Shown here: positions 62,201 through 64,000 of the stretch, in pieces | Layout of the letters: each line of letters opens with the position of its first letter | How positions within the stretch are numbered: position 1 is the first letter of the stretch | NCBI GenBank assembly: GCA_965235115.1 | Contig: OZ249439.1 | Coordinates: forward strand, 18,104,001-18,168,000 | Direction: 5' to 3' | DNA length: 64,000 bases | Origin: Laetmonice hystrix | Lineage: Eukaryota | Notes under the pieces: generated by a model | Database searches by the model: none | What the model was told of the DNA's origin: nothing | What the model saw: the letters and a program-made list of their open reading frames with translations, nothing else | Made by a program: the position numbers and the translations under genes

Positions 62201-64000
62201 GCTCAATAAAGGTTATAAACACACGTTTCACTATAAGTGACATATAGTACTGGGCACCACAATGCTGCGGTACCAATGCTGGCGGTAAACTCTTGGTTCC
62301 AAATATATTCTGATCTTTAAATGATCACGATATACAGTTCTTTACCTCTCGCTCACAATCCACAACATATAATAGGCCTACACCAAGTACCCGGATACTA
62401 AATCCACTAACACAAAGATTTTCAATAATACCCCTTGGTCAGCCAAATCTCCCAGACAAACAGCCTTGATTATCAAAGGACAGCTCAGACACATCTTCAA
62501 CTATTAACGAGTTGTGTCAAACCCACTCGAACCCTGGCTGGTATTCAGTTGTGTCTGTCAAGTGTGTGGCGCCTGCCCTCAGTGGAGATGAAGTACCTCG
62601 TCCTGCACGAGTGCCCCCGTCACAAACAGTGGGGAGCATGTATTGTTGAGCAGCTGTAACCATCTGCTCGAGGCTGTCCCCTGACTGAAGGCGGGAGCCG
62701 TTATCGCAGCGTTCCCGTGGCGTTACCTTGGTGTCACGAGGCGGCACGCGGCTGGCCAACTCCCGCGTCTCACTACGAGACTGAGCAGCTGACTACACAA
62801 CGATATATATATAACTTACCTCAACCCCTACACGTCGAATTTACATTCTATTCACCGATCGCATGTTTTCAATCTTACCGTCTGCCGGGTTCTTCAAGTA
62901 ACTTCTTCTATAACCAATATATCATTTAACTCGATTCCCTCATATAGCTAGGTCGATCCTCGTATACAGTGTATATAGTACTGGGGATCACAGTGTTAGC
63001 CCAGTGACTCTCCTCCCAATGGCCATACAAAGGTTAATTAGCGTCATCAAGAAATAGGAAATCTGGGTTGGTCCAATCATTACATTACAAATCTCACTCA
63101 GAAACTCAAGACGCACTGACAATAGCTAAAAGAATGCGACAGATTATCCTTGGTATCTGCGGTATTGGCTCTGCCCGATAACAGATTTTAAATCAATAGT
63201 TGAAATCTGCGTTCTAAAAATTCCCAAGCAGTTTCATAGCACTAAAATCAATCATGTTAGCAGGTATGGCGGACGGATACACGCAAGTTTTCACATGTAG
63301 GTTGTATCAAAGGTCAGAAGCCTAAGGCCCCACATTGTGGTGGTTATATGGTATGACTAATGTACCGTACTCAATCTGTAGAAAACATAAAATAAGAATA
63401 AAGCTTCTATTTCTTTCCTATTCCCTGCTGTTTTGACATTCTAAACCAGAGAACTAACCCACGCCAAGAGTTAGTAGCTGGGACCGACGGGCCTAAAATG
63501 CCAAGATCATTATGCATCAGTTGTTGACGTACAATAACTGACTGAATGTGAAGCACGTGGAGACCCTGCTCAAGTCCCCCACGATCTCCAGACCGATGAC
63601 AAATGTCATAACTATCACATATCTTTAACACACAATTCCCCATCACGACTGCTGGTAGACATGTCAAGATTAACCCCATACTCAGGTGTGGGGCTGAGAG
63701 AGGCAGCAGGCGAGATAACACGTGAACAAGACACATATTTGTTTCTAGTCAATCTCTGGTATGTTGGTCCCAAGAATCCCGTCCGACTTACGTAACTCTC
63801 TTGGATATAGGACATTAAACTCGAGTCTCATTACTCGGTGTTATAACGACTGCTGAAATCATAACCTCTGACTTTAGGATGTCACAGTACTCTTTTCTGT
63901 GTGCTCTCGACTTTCCTATAAACCCCACAATTTGCCATCCCCTGCTGTACACCTAAAACATTGCCATATCGTGTCTTCTATCAAAGGACCAAAGCCAAGA

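Overview
Animal (bilaterian invertebrate) genomic DNA with GT-AG introns. (1) About 3.7-12.9 kb is a CMC/EnSpm (CACTA-type) DNA transposon. It has an intact 680-aa DDE transposase ORF, a second intact 11-exon gene (427 aa, DUF4806-like C-terminus), a 46-bp AACGTT-rich subterminal array and a terminus ...GTTTACTGGG at 12908. The matching left end is not visible in the window. Nested inside are two inverted copies of a short MITE-like repeat and an L2/CR1-group LINE RT fragment. (2) Right after the terminus lies the orphan 3' end of a SMYD4 paralog, so the element apparently inserted into that gene. (3) An intact single-coding-exon SMYD4-like gene (15670-17697, +) has lost two ligands of the same MYND zinc site. 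(4) A Shroom-family gene (ASD2/SD2 domain) on the minus strand has 7 phase-compatible coding exons from 51474 to 22909 (about 989 aa), with a 21-kb intron containing minisatellites and a candidate 30-nt cassette exon. The rest is intronic/intergenic DNA with many local tandem duplications, short hairpins, CTCF-like motifs and degenerate LINE remnants. Family assignments come from manual motif recognition; no database search was run.
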